Source of the DNA: Corallochytrium limacisporum Hawaii
Taxonomy: Eukaryota > Protista > Pluriformea
Reading direction: 5' to 3'
DNA: 64,000 bases
NCBI GenBank assembly: GCA_002811645.1
Contig: PDIP01000010.1
Coordinates: 124,001 to 188,000, forward strand
Shown here: positions 20,134 through 30,824 of the stretch, piece after piece
Position numbering within the stretch: the stretch's first letter is position 1
Layout: each line of letters begins with the position of its first letter
Notes under the pieces: model-generated
Databases searched by the model: none
What the model was told of the DNA's origin: nothing
The model's input: only the letters and a program-made list of their open reading frames with translations
Translations under genes and position numbers: made by a program

Positions 20134-21975
20134 ATGGCTGAGGATTTGCAGCTTGAGACGAACGTCTACGACGTGGTCATTCTCGGATCTGGAATTACTG
20201 AGTGCATTACTGCAGCGGCTATTGCACGCACCGGGCGAAAGGTTCTGCAGCTCGATTCGAGATCAGAATATGGTGGTCAAGCAATGTGCAACATTTCTCG
20301 GCTGTCGCAGATAAAGAATGTTTGTACACATAGCCTCGACTTACACCAGGCCGCTCCTGTGAGCGCTGAGCAAGGAGTAGACACGTTTCCCACCGATCAC
20401 AAGCCATTCTTCATGGGATTCGAAGAAGTTCAGCCAGGAGATGCAGAAGTGGATGGATTCGCACCCGATGCAAGAGAACGGCTGGAGAAGCTCTCCAGGG
20501 GAAGGCCAGGTTTCAACTTTACGACCATTCCTATGGCCCTCCTAAGCAGTGATCAGATGGTCGAGCTTTTGATTAGAAGTAATGTTGGTTCGTACGTGGA
20601 GTTCCGTGCTGCAGATCAGGTACAATTCTTGGAACAGCATGATGCAGAGAGCATGGCAGAACCCGTACCTTCGAGCAAAGGACAGATTTTTTCCAGCAAA
20701 ACGCTCTCGATGGTGGAGAAAAGACTGCTCATGCGCTTCCTAGGAACTATTGCGCCGGCGATGGAAGCATTGCAGTCTGGGGATGCGGGTGATGTGGTGG
20801 ACATGCAAGATGGAAAACCTATGATTGCGCATCTTTTGGAAGCAAAGCTGCCTGCCCGCCTGAATGGATGCATCTTGTATGCCATGTCCGGGGCCACTAC
20901 GGATCAAGCTCGTGCTGATCTTCCAACAGAGGAAATCTTAGAGGTCAAATATGGCATGCAGAATCTTGCCACATACCTTTCCAGTATTGGACGATTTGCT
21001 GAGTCGCCGTTCCTCTTTCCCTTCTATGGACCAAGCGAGTTGCCACAAGGGTTTGCCAGATTCGCAGCTGTGCTCGGTGCCGTGCAAATCCTTGGCTTTT
21101 TCCCAGACGAGCTCTCTACTGATGTTTCAGAAGTTGCCGGTGCAATCGCCGAAGATTCAGAAGAGACGCAAAGTGGACCTCAGTTTAAGCTGCACATTCG
21201 CAACACGCAACAGAATGTCTACGCTCATGACGTGGTGATGGCGGCCGAATTGGCACCACAAGGGTACACTTCCTACATGAACCATCCGCGGGTGGCCAGG
21301 GCTGTGGTGCTGGTCACGGGACCACTGCCATGCTTCCTTGGGAAGGGACTTGCCGTTTTGACCGTTCCTCCCAATACCTGTGCTAGCAATCCCAACCCAG
21401 TTTCTTTGGTGCAGCTGGACAGTACCGTCAATGCCTGCCCTAGCAATACCTGGCTGCTGCAGTTTGAAACTACTCTGACGCCGGAACCGGAGACAGGCCG
21501 AGTCCCGTCGGCCAAGGAAGCGCTACATTCCATCGTTAAAGAATCTTTTCACTGGCAAGGCCGTCGTCAGCAAGCGGCGACCACATTGGGAGCCGTTGCC
21601 AGCGTTCATGGGGCTGATGGGAGCAGCAGCAACTCATTGGGTACCGTTGGAGAGGCATCTGAGAATGTAGAAGAAGCAGCGCGGGTTTTGGAAGCTCCGG
21701 ATTGTGCGCCACTCTACATAGCTTACTATAGCCAGCGCGCCCTAAAGGCATCCGCTCCTTCAGACCAAAGGGGTGTATGTGCACATTCGCCAAATGTGCA
21801 CATCATTGACACTCCATCCGAACCAGATTTGGTCTGTCGGAAGGCCGTGCGCCGGGCGAGACGTATTTTTGAGAGGATCTGCCCAGGCGAAGAGTTCCTT
21901 GAAGCCGTCCTACCCCCCGAGGAGCAGGCAGAGATCGCTTTGCAGAACATACCGTCGGATGATGCAGGTGCCTAG
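20134..21975 (+). CDS. CHM: Rab escort protein (REP/CHM; GDI superfamily)
   Basis: YDVVILGSGITECITAAA..GRKVLQLD..YGG, LLIRSNVGSYVEF, VPSSKGQIF, EKRLLMRFL, PFLFPFYGPSELPQGFARFAAVLG. Confidence 0.88.
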   Translation: MAEDLQLETNVYDVVILGSGITECITAAAIARTGRKVLQLDSRSEYGGQAMCNISRLSQIKNVCTHSLDLHQAAPVSAEQGVDTFPTDHKPFFMGFEEVQPGDAEVDGFAPDARERLEKLSRGRPGFNFTTIPMALLSSDQMVELLIRSNVGSYVEFRAADQVQFLEQHDAESMAEPVPSSKGQIFSSKTLSMVEKRLLMRFLGTIAPAMEALQSGDAGDVVDMQDGKPMIAHLLEAKLPARLNGCILYAMSGATTDQARADLPTEEILEVKYGMQNLATYLSSIGRFAESPFLFPFYGPSELPQGFARFAAVLGAVQILGFFPDELSTDVSEVAGAIAEDSEETQSGPQFKLHIRNTQQNVYAHDVVMAAELAPQGYTSYMNHPRVARAVVLVTGPLPCFLGKGLAVLTVPPNTCASNPNPVSLVQLDSTVNACPSNTWLLQFETTLTPEPETGRVPSAKEALHSIVKESFHWQGRRQQAATTLGAVASVHGADGSSSNSLGTVGEASENVEEAARVLEAPDCAPLYIAYYSQRALKASAPSDQRGVCAHSPNVHIIDTPSEPDLVCRKAVRRARRIFERICPGEEFLEAVLPPEEQAEIALQNIPSDDAGA

Positions 21976-22078
21976 AATCTTTGTATATTATCGTTACATG
22001 ACAAGAAGTAAAACAGTTTAATGTTGAGATATGTTACGATGGTGATGGCTTGAATACATGAATGGTTTGACTAGTAAT

Positions 22079-23074
22079 TTACTCCTCGATAGGTACAGGA
22101 GTGTTGATCGGCAATGCATCAACAGTCTCTCTAAGCTTGGTCGAAAGCACACTGACTGCTCCGCTGGCAGCTGATTCCGCAAATTGCTCCTTGATCGACA
22201 ACCCCTGATCACCGCACATACCGAAGCGGGGATCCAAAGGGATCGATCCGAGGAAAGGAACGTTCAACTTCTCACACATTGCTTTAGCGCCTCCAGTGCT
22301 CGGAGCAAAGACCTCGGTAGGTTTTGTGCACTTCGGGCAAACAAACCCGCTCATGTTCTCGATTACTCCCAGTATTTTCACATTCACCTTGTGGCAAAAA
22401 TCAATTTCCTTGCGGACATCACTGAGGGAGACCTCTTGGGGTGTTGTTACAATAATTGCACCATCAAGTCCTGCGGATCCTTCCAGCAGTTGCACAACAC
22501 TTAGGTGTTCATCTGATGTACCGGGTGGTGTATCAATCAACATATAGTCGACCTTGTCCCATACCACATCCCGTAAAAATTGCTTGATCATACCATTCTT
22601 TTTCGGACCTCGCCAGATTACAGGTGCGTCAGGGTCAGGCAGCAAGAAGCCGACACTGACCACACCAATGTTCTCATCAGCGAAAATTGGCTGCCAGCCA
22701 TCTGCGGTGTGGTGGACTTCTTCCTCTTGGACACCAAACATAATGGGAATTGACGGTCCTGTAATATCTGCGTCGAGGACACCAATATCAGTATCCTTGT
22801 TCTCTGCTAGTGCATAAGCCAATTGTGATGTGACAGTCGACTTACCAACCCCGCCCTTACCTGAGAGCACAGCAATTTTGCGTCTAACATCCTTCATATT
22901 TTCCGCAATCAACGGCAGATCCGGATCAGGACCTTTCGGTTGCGCTGAGGCACAAATATCTTTATTCGGGCAGCCTTCACATGCTGAAGCCTTGCCTGCA
23001 CCCTCGGAGCCGACACCGGGGCAGTGCTCATTGGCATTGTCCGGTACCTCCTTGGCGTCCTCCAGTTGTGTCAT
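22079..23074 (-). CDS. NUBP1: Cytosolic Fe-S cluster assembly factor Nbp35/NUBP1
   Basis: N-terminal HCPG..SACEGCPNKDIC, SGKGGVGKST, WRGPKKNG, DTPPGTSDEH, ENMSGFVCPKC. Probable start MTQLE at 23074. Confidence 0.95.
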   Translation of the reverse strand: MTQLEDAKEVPDNANEHCPGVGSEGAGKASACEGCPNKDICASAQPKGPDPDLPLIAENMKDVRRKIAVLSGKGGVGKSTVTSQLAYALAENKDTDIGVLDADITGPSIPIMFGVQEEEVHHTADGWQPIFADENIGVVSVGFLLPDPDAPVIWRGPKKNGMIKQFLRDVVWDKVDYMLIDTPPGTSDEHLSVVQLLEGSAGLDGAIIVTTPQEVSLSDVRKEIDFCHKVNVKILGVIENMSGFVCPKCTKPTEVFAPSTGGAKAMCEKLNVPFLGSIPLDPRFGMCGDQGLSIKEQFAESAASGAVSVLSTKLRETVDALPINTPVPIEE

Positions 23075-23479
23075 TTCTTTGCTACTTGCTGAAACCCAAT
23101 TTGATTTCCGTCTGTATTCATTCTTACAGTGGAGCCAGTAAATTTTGACCGATTTTAAGTAGCAAGCACATGCAACGGGTGTGGTGGTATGCAAGTCAAA
23201 TTGTGAGCATTCCATGCGACGCCGTATCGCCAATCATCCTTCTCGACGTTTTCGTGGCCGCGCAAATATCCGGGTTCCCCTCTCTCCCGTGGGCCTTTGC
23301 CCGCAAGGATGGGCTGATCAGCTGCTAACCCGCCTGGAGAACCCGCCCTCCCTCCTCCTTCCAACGAGAGCCAAAATCCTATTGATTCACTATTGAGTGT
23401 ATAGCAAAAGTACTACGGATGGGCAGAAAACGCTATGTAGCAAGTCTATTGGAGGAATCGGTGCTGGTAGACTGAAAAA

Positions 23480-26476
23480 TCAGCCACCCTTAAGAATGTC
23501 GTCCAGGTTGGTGGGCATGATGGCACTTACTGGATTGATACCGGTGCTAGCCATGGGTCCGGAGGATCGACGGTGGTTGTCTTGTGGTACAGTGGTGACT
23601 TCCGGCGCTGCTGTAGGAGGAGCAGTTGACGCTGCACCGTTTGTAGTCGGAGTGGAAGAATGGACTGAAGGAGGCTGAGAAATGGCAGGTGCAGTGTCCG
23701 CGTCATCCTGCTCCGCCCGTGTAGATTCGGAGAGCAGAAAATCAAGGAAGGCGAACCCAATGCCTGGGCCGCCTTGATTTCCTCCGCCAGTTCCCTTCCT
23801 TTCTGGGGCACCCACGATCTTGCGCTCATTATCATCCAGGTCAAGCACTGCAGCCAAAATGTCGAGAATGTCATCTTCAACACCATCTTTGGCAAAGTAC
23901 TGCATGACCGCGTTCTTGACGATGCGACGATCGATCATATTTGTGTCCTCTTTATCGATACCCGACTTCTTCTTTAGGTCTTCAGCAAGTTTCTCGCGCT
24001 CTTGCATAGCCGCATCCAACTGATCGCGGAGGTATCGTACATCTGATTCCGCCTGTGTCAGACTATCACACTGCTCTTTGAGATCGGCAACATCCTCCTG
24101 CAGCCGTCCATTGGCCAGCTTTGCTTCCTCCAGCTCAGCTTCAGCTTTCTTCAGAATTTTGGCCTTTGCCTCGAGGTCTGCCTCGAGACGTTCTACCGAC
24201 GCACCCTGCAGTGCGTTTGATTCCTCGTTCAGCTGGTCTACGACAATCTGCAAGTTGTCAAGGGACGTCTGGAGCTCCGCATTTTCAGCTTCGAGCTCAG
24301 AAATCCGTTGCTGAGACATGGCAAGTTGCTCTTGGACACCTTCCTTCTCGCGCTCTAAGTCTTCAACTCGCGAGCTGCCTTCTGCGTGAGCAGTCTCCTG
24401 CGATGTCAACTGACTTTTCAATTGCTCAATGGTATCGTCGCGTTTTAGCATCTCCATGGTGGTATTCTCCTCCATCTCCAGCAGATGGTCACGCAGTCGT
24501 TGGAGTTCGCGCTGAGTCTTGTCCATCAATTGTTGATGCTCCAAAATGGGCATCATTTCACCCGCTTCCGTCTCTGATTGCAGAAGCCTATTTTCCGCAG
24601 ACTCGGCGCGCTGCTGTATTGCCTTCAATTGCGATGCCAACGCTTCCCGATGCTCAAGTTCTGTCTGCCACTTGTCCATGAGCCCTTGAAAGTCTTCTCT
24701 GGTTCGCTGACCATCTACTTGGGCATGCTGTAAACGGTTTTGCATTTCACTTATCTGGTGCTCCTTTTCCTGCTCTCTAGCTTGCGCATGTGCAAGAGTC
24801 TGATTCAACTGTTCTACCTGCTGCACAAACTCAGATTCCTTTGTCTCATAGTACGCTATGCGCTCCTGTAGCGGTGCAATATCCCTAGACAACTTACTAT
24901 GTTGGTTGGAAATTTCGTTGAGGTGTGTGTTCGCCCGATCCAGCTCAGTACGAAGGGTGTCTCTCTCAGCTCGCATGTTTTCGACGATGACACTTTGCGC
25001 CTCATCACCTTCCAAATTTGCGGTGGTCCTAAGAGACTCTCGTTCGGCCTCCAGTTGTTTGATTTGCTGTGCTAGCTGACTCAGTTCTTGGTCCTTTTCG
25101 AGCAGCGTTTTCTCAAAGTCTTGTTGCATGCGGTTCTTTCGGTCATCCACCTCTTTGACCTTTTCATCCAGGGCCATTTCAAGACGCTGTCTTGCGTCCG
25201 TTGCTTGTTGAATATTCTTTTGAGCTTCTCTTTGCATCGTATCGTTGCGGATTTGCTCAATGTAGTCATCAAAATCCTTGAGAGTCGCAACATTCCGAGT
25301 TTTCAATAAGTTGGCCAATTCTTCATTCACTGCAGATTCTGGAGTCGGCTGTGGCGATTTCACTTTCGTCTTCATGGCCTGCATAGCCTGAGCCATCTCG
25401 GTCAATTCTGCCTGGTGTTGCTGTTCGAGCTCATTGATTACAGACTCAAGCCGACTATTGTCTTCCTTGAGCTTCTTTACTTCTTCGTCACCTTCCGGAC
25501 TTAGCTTTGCCGTCGCACTTCCCATCGTACTTTTTGCTACTTCTGCGGACTCTGCTGCACTCCGCACTTCTGCAAGTTCGGCGGACAATTGTCCAACTCT
25601 TTCCCGTAAACTGCTCAATTGCTTGGTGGTCTGAGAGATCTGTTCTGCTTTGGCGTTCAATTGTTCCTCATACTCTGTTTTGAGTGCAGCGACATCTTCG
25701 GTGTTGCTCTGAACAGTACCTTGCTGTTCCCTCAGCTGCTGCACTTCTTTTGCTAGGCTTTGATTGTTGCTTTCAAGACCTCGAATGAGACCTTGCAATG
25801 AGTGCATTTGCTCTGTAACGCTCTTGATCTCGTCATCCCGCTCCATAATTTGTACACGGTAATTCTCGTGGATGCTCTGAATCTGCGCCTCGTATTCATG
25901 CCCACTGTCTTCAGCCATAGCCATCTCTGTGGACTCGTACCCGTGCGCATGTGCCGGTGCTGCAAGCGGTCCACCTGCTCCTGTTGGAACCTCAGCTGGC
26001 TCGGAAGCATAAGTCGTGGAGGGTACGCTTTGCTGAGACTCGTTCTGCCATGGAAATTGTGCCTGTGCAGGAGGAGCGCCAGCGGTCACTGGAACATGCG
26101 ATTCTGATGTTGATGACACGCCCTGGGTTGGCTTCGGCGCGGTGTATGCTGTTGTGGACCTTTCGTGTCGCTCCAAACCGACCAGGTTGTTTGTCGTAGT
26201 AGGTAGCGGAACAGGAGCAGTTGCCTGTCCGTTCGGTTGAATTGCTGGGCTGGACGGCCCGTCCAAAGCGCTTGGTCCCGGACTGCTTATCAGGGCTTGT
26301 TGCGCCCTGCTGTAACCTGGTTCCTGCGGTGGTTTCTGCTCGCGGCCTTCGTCTTCCTCATCGCTTTCCAGGATGAAGTCTTGAGCCGCCTTTGCAGCCT
26401 GATTTGCATACTTCTGAATTTCTTGCACATTGACATACTTATCCAAGTTGGACGTGAGACCAGTGAAGAATGACAT
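23480..26476 (-). CDS. TRIP11: Golgin of the GMAP-210/TRIP11/Rud3 type
   Basis: Long coiled coil; C-terminal GRAB-like IDRRIVKNAVMQYF..ILDILAAVLDLDDNER and GA1-like FLDFLLSES; amphipathic N-terminus MSFFTGLTSNL (first ATG in this ORF, 26476). Confidence 0.75.
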   Translation of the reverse strand: MSFFTGLTSNLDKYVNVQEIQKYANQAAKAAQDFILESDEEDEGREQKPPQEPGYSRAQQALISSPGPSALDGPSSPAIQPNGQATAPVPLPTTTNNLVGLERHERSTTAYTAPKPTQGVSSTSESHVPVTAGAPPAQAQFPWQNESQQSVPSTTYASEPAEVPTGAGGPLAAPAHAHGYESTEMAMAEDSGHEYEAQIQSIHENYRVQIMERDDEIKSVTEQMHSLQGLIRGLESNNQSLAKEVQQLREQQGTVQSNTEDVAALKTEYEEQLNAKAEQISQTTKQLSSLRERVGQLSAELAEVRSAAESAEVAKSTMGSATAKLSPEGDEEVKKLKEDNSRLESVINELEQQHQAELTEMAQAMQAMKTKVKSPQPTPESAVNEELANLLKTRNVATLKDFDDYIEQIRNDTMQREAQKNIQQATDARQRLEMALDEKVKEVDDRKNRMQQDFEKTLLEKDQELSQLAQQIKQLEAERESLRTTANLEGDEAQSVIVENMRAERDTLRTELDRANTHLNEISNQHSKLSRDIAPLQERIAYYETKESEFVQQVEQLNQTLAHAQAREQEKEHQISEMQNRLQHAQVDGQRTREDFQGLMDKWQTELEHREALASQLKAIQQRAESAENRLLQSETEAGEMMPILEHQQLMDKTQRELQRLRDHLLEMEENTTMEMLKRDDTIEQLKSQLTSQETAHAEGSSRVEDLEREKEGVQEQLAMSQQRISELEAENAELQTSLDNLQIVVDQLNEESNALQGASVERLEADLEAKAKILKKAEAELEEAKLANGRLQEDVADLKEQCDSLTQAESDVRYLRDQLDAAMQEREKLAEDLKKKSGIDKEDTNMIDRRIVKNAVMQYFAKDGVEDDILDILAAVLDLDDNERKIVGAPERKGTGGGNQGGPGIGFAFLDFLLSESTRAEQDDADTAPAISQPPSVHSSTPTTNGAASTAPPTAAPEVTTVPQDNHRRSSGPMASTGINPVSAIMPTNLDDILKGG

Positions 26477-27255
26477 CGTGTATAAGCCTTGGGATCTACA
26501 CGGATCAAGATCCCTGTCCCATTTGCCTTCTTCAATCAAGCATAGTTACTCCTGATTTCCGTGAGAACAGAGTTCCGTGTTAGTGTGCCTCAATCAATCC
26601 CGAAAAGACGGAGTCATTGCGCCACAAAATACCAGCGGTGAATGCTCCGTCCTTGTTGAACGAAGTGCACCAACCGAGGATGACTTCCACAAGACAGACA
26701 AACAGCCACTCAGCCCTGCCCTGGCACACTCTTTCTATCATCTCTATCGCAGGACCCCATACGTGGCGGTAGTGAAAGTGCGGGCCCGGGCAGCCTCCGG
26801 TGAAATCAATAAAGCTCTTCGGCAAGAGCCAATCCCGGGCAACAGTTAGTTTCCATAGTCGGAGTACTGTGCACTGGCCGATGGGCGGGAAACGGGCGCA
26901 AGGGAGAAAGTGTTGAGATGGGAGGAGGCCTCTGCTTAGGCCCCCCCTCCGCCGGGTCCTGCGCGCGGTTTCTTCGCCCTCTGCCTCGAAGCAGTGCGGC
27001 ACACGCTTCGTGGTGGCTCTTTGGAGGCTGTACTGTTTTGACTTTTAGAGACTATCGCCGGTGTGTGACCTGCTATAACAAAATTGCGCTTCTGAATACC
27101 TTGTCACTCTTACTATAAAGCTCTGTAATCTTTGTAGGGGACACAGCTCGAAGGGAACGAAATCGCGTCCACATCATTAATTTGTGAGACACCGGTATGT
27201 GAGTGCAAACTGAGAATGTGTCTTAAGACAATATCAGTAGTACATAACGGGCAAA

Positions 27256-29220
27256 ATGGCTGATGATGAACTTTTGCCCATTGGATCGTCAGGAGGGCCC
27301 GTACATCCTGACGATCTTCGATCCGGCGGATCGCTTGCAATACGCAAGCAAAGAAGTGCCTCTCCCTACAGTGACCGGAGTTTAAGTCACGATGCTGCAT
27401 CCTCCATTCATGAGGGATACGAGGTCGATGATAGGCCAGTATTGAATGGAGATATTTTTGACACACCCGTTCGTCGCCCTGGTAGCCCTAGTCCCGCGCG
27501 TGGCAAGCTCAGGGAGTCATTGCACAGCATTGTAAGCAAAGCAACTCGCGACGATAGTCTGGAGGAATTGGCTACGGATTACATAGATGACTTTCCGAAC
27601 AATTACGATGATGAGGAGCAAGAAATTGATGTACAGGAGCCACAAAAACGTGACCTCACTGCCGCGGAATTGGTGGAAATGCGGCGCGCAAAACACCCGA
27701 AACTGGACACCAGTGAGAATGCCGTGCATGACGTGGTAACGCATGCAACACAGACAGAGGGCTCAATGGCAATTCCTGGACTTAGGGGCTTGAAGGATAG
27801 TGCTGCGCAAGGTACATCAAGCGATCTGCCCCAGTTCATGCTTGATGGACCAACTCCCCGGTCGGCAGGCGTGTCAAGCCCCGAAAAAGTACTATCTCCC
27901 GTGGCACAGACAAGTAGTAGGAAAAAGTCAAAGACTGCGTTGCGGTATTTGCCTCGGGGAGCACCAATGAACCACATGCGTAGTCGAATGAAGGCCCATT
28001 TGGTGAAGAGGAGCAAGAAAGTGTTTACCTCCGCAAGAAATGTGATATCACCCCTGCAAAGGGTATACATGCGGTTTGCACCTGAACGAATAAGACATCA
28101 TAAGCAGCGAATGGCACAAGACAAGGCGAACCTGGAGCAATCAGCTGACCCGCGTCAGCAGGCATACGCGCAGAGAATGGGCAGTGCAATGAAATATCGG
28201 TCAGAGCGAGAGAAAGACTCTCATACGGAGGAAACAGCAGCAGGCGCAAATAGCCAAATGCCGCATGTCTATTCCCCGTATGATTCCAAGTCGCGGTCAA
28301 GGGTAGTCCCCGGGGCCACTTTGCATTCACCAGGACGACTCTACGATTCTCCATTCGCTAGGATGGAACGGGGTCTTGCGAAGATGAAGGGTATTGAGGC
28401 TCGCCATGAGAGTCCCATCCGAGCGTACAGAAATCAGATTGCAGAATTCCGCAAGGAGCTAATGGAACAGGCGGAAACACTAGTGACCCCTGATGATGAC
28501 CCTAGAGCTTTGCTACGCTTCATTGATGAGGACGCCGGTGCGTTAGAATTTGTGGAAGACCTGTTGGATCCAACAGTCGGAAATGAAAGTGATGAATTAC
28601 GGCGAAACGTCCAGAGACGGGACGTCAGGAAACTCAATGATGGTATCTGGTTGAATGATACAATAATCAATGAATTCTGCGCCCTGATTAGCAAACGTGA
28701 AACAGCTGTGAAGACATACGCGTGGAATTCTTTCTTCTACACATCGGCATCATCGGATCTTTCCAAGGTCAGAAGGTGGGCCAAGAAGCGTCAATTGAAT
28801 GTCTTCGATCTTGACTCCATGCTTGTCCCGATAAACGTTGGCAACAATCACTGGGCCATCGCCGTCTGCAACTTTAAGAACCAGCGCTTCGAATACTATG
28901 ACTCTCTGTACAATCCCAGCCAGGCTGAAACTGCTACAGAGTACTTTGACATCATCAGGGGATACCTAGCACAAGAATGGAAATTTCGGAACCCTGACGA
29001 GGAGATGCCCTTTGATCCTGACGATTTTGAAGAGTATATTCCTTCGGAGGTACCTCAGCAACACAATGGGTGCGACTGTGGCGTCTTCATGTTGTGCTTT
29101 GCCGATTTTGTGGCTCAGGGGATCCAAAGCTTTACTTTCGATCAATCACATATGCCCAGCGTGAGGAAGCGTCTAGTTTGGGAAGTCGCAAAAGGTGAGC
29201 TGTACCAGCCAAAAGACTAA
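27256..29220 (+). CDS. ULP1: SUMO/sentrin-specific protease (Ulp1/SENP, peptidase C48)
   Basis: WLNDTIIN, NSFFY, PINVGNNHW, YYDSL, PQQHNGCDCGVF. Confidence 0.93.
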   Translation: MADDELLPIGSSGGPVHPDDLRSGGSLAIRKQRSASPYSDRSLSHDAASSIHEGYEVDDRPVLNGDIFDTPVRRPGSPSPARGKLRESLHSIVSKATRDDSLEELATDYIDDFPNNYDDEEQEIDVQEPQKRDLTAAELVEMRRAKHPKLDTSENAVHDVVTHATQTEGSMAIPGLRGLKDSAAQGTSSDLPQFMLDGPTPRSAGVSSPEKVLSPVAQTSSRKKSKTALRYLPRGAPMNHMRSRMKAHLVKRSKKVFTSARNVISPLQRVYMRFAPERIRHHKQRMAQDKANLEQSADPRQQAYAQRMGSAMKYRSEREKDSHTEETAAGANSQMPHVYSPYDSKSRSRVVPGATLHSPGRLYDSPFARMERGLAKMKGIEARHESPIRAYRNQIAEFRKELMEQAETLVTPDDDPRALLRFIDEDAGALEFVEDLLDPTVGNESDELRRNVQRRDVRKLNDGIWLNDTIINEFCALISKRETAVKTYAWNSFFYTSASSDLSKVRRWAKKRQLNVFDLDSMLVPINVGNNHWAIAVCNFKNQRFEYYDSLYNPSQAETATEYFDIIRGYLAQEWKFRNPDEEMPFDPDDFEEYIPSEVPQQHNGCDCGVFMLCFADFVAQGIQSFTFDQSHMPSVRKRLVWEVAKGELYQPKD

Positions 29221-29390
29221 ATGTACATTCCAGCAGGCAATAACGAATTGCGAACCAGCAAAAGTAGCAGAAATGGTGTTATAAGCAGGGAAGTGGCGGC
29301 AGCTTTCAGTCCTCAATCAATTCATGCGCTATTCTTTAATGTAGATGTCTATTGCTTTGACTAGTGCTTCTTTTTGTGTTTCCTTTACGA

Positions 29391-30824
29391 TTACTTGCCA
29401 CCGACGGCCTCCGCCTTGGACCCAGCAACGGCCTTGACACTAGCACTGCCTTTTGCTCCAACCTCGCGCTCGTACAGAGCCTCAAAGTTCGTCTTGTAGG
29501 TGTTCATCACGTCCTGGGGATCAATGCCAAGAGAATCGTCAACGTTCATGCCGCAGACCGCAGTACCGTTGTAGGTGTAGATGGAGACACCCATTGCCAG
29601 GGAATTGATCAGAGGAGGGAAAAACATGAGCTGCTTCAACTCGCGGCCATCAATATGGGCGGTCTTCTGAGGACCAGGCACATTGGTGAAGTTTGAGGTG
29701 GTCTTGCGCACAATGTCAGCCTGAACCCAGTCGCGGACAGCGTGCGGGAGCATTCGAGCGAGACCGAGGGCCATGGCGTATGAGAGGGGGATTTCGGCTG
29801 TGCTCTTCATCTCGTCGAAGACAGCCTTGCAAGCCTTAAGGGTGTCGTCAGTGCTGCCACAATTCAAGGGCATTTCGACAATGATGGTTGCGAACTGATT
29901 ATTCAGAGCGGGGTCCTTCTTCATGTCGCGCATGGACACGGGCACCAACAGTTTCATGGACGTCTGATCGTCATCGACGTATTGACTAATAGACTGGGAC
30001 AGAATGGCAAAGAGCACATCGTTAACAGAGTATCCCAGACTCTTACCAACAGCCTTGATCTCAGCGAGATCAATCGTTGGGCTGACACCGACACGCTTGC
30101 GGCCAGTGATTGGCCGCTGACCATGCAGATTACTATGGTCGGCAGAACACCCAAGCTTGCGGACGTACTCGGAAAGACCTCGAGCGAGGGGGTATGCGAT
30201 CATCTTCACAGCCTCGAATACGCCGGAAGGCTGAGCCCGGTGCTTAAACTTACCCAGGTCAATCATTGGAACATCCTCGTCCAGCATATCGTGGGTCATC
30301 TTCACCAGACCGAGACCATCAGAGATGACGTGATGAATGCGGAAGAAGCAAGCAGAGTGAGTCTCATTGAAGTTATTGATAACGTGCAGCTGCCACAGGG
30401 GTTTGTCCATTGGCAGAGGCTTTGCAATCTGCTCTTCCATGTAGTCTTTGAACTCCTCCATAGATGTGATGCCATCGACGTTAAAAAAGTGGTCCCATAG
30501 ATCAAAATCTTCCGCTTGCTTCCAATAAGGAGTGGCCCCCCGATAGACAATCTTCTTCTGCAGGCGCTCGTTGCCGGGACGAGTCAGGAGGCGTTCCTTG
30601 AGGAAATGTTCCAATATCTTCACATCCTTAATCTTGGGTTCTACCAGGTAATATGAGTTGATAATGAAATAGTTCTTGCAGTCAAGGTCCTCAGCCAGCA
30701 TAGCCACGTCCATGGGGTTTAGCGGCTCCAGATCCGGCTCGATGTATTGCATGAGGTACTCATTCTTAATGTGGCGGGCCACCGTGGCACCAGCATTATA
30801 AACTCCTTCCAGAGCGTATGACAT
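29391..30824 (-). CDS. Wax ester synthase/diacylglycerol acyltransferase (WS/DGAT)
   Basis: KPLWQLHV, catalytic RIHHVISDG (HHxxxDG), SVNDV, PVSMR, TNVPGP, SIYTYNG. Confidence 0.92.
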   Translation of the reverse strand: MSYALEGVYNAGATVARHIKNEYLMQYIEPDLEPLNPMDVAMLAEDLDCKNYFIINSYYLVEPKIKDVKILEHFLKERLLTRPGNERLQKKIVYRGATPYWKQAEDFDLWDHFFNVDGITSMEEFKDYMEEQIAKPLPMDKPLWQLHVINNFNETHSACFFRIHHVISDGLGLVKMTHDMLDEDVPMIDLGKFKHRAQPSGVFEAVKMIAYPLARGLSEYVRKLGCSADHSNLHGQRPITGRKRVGVSPTIDLAEIKAVGKSLGYSVNDVLFAILSQSISQYVDDDQTSMKLLVPVSMRDMKKDPALNNQFATIIVEMPLNCGSTDDTLKACKAVFDEMKSTAEIPLSYAMALGLARMLPHAVRDWVQADIVRKTTSNFTNVPGPQKTAHIDGRELKQLMFFPPLINSLAMGVSIYTYNGTAVCGMNVDDSLGIDPQDVMNTYKTNFEALYEREVGAKGSASVKAVAGSKAEAVGGK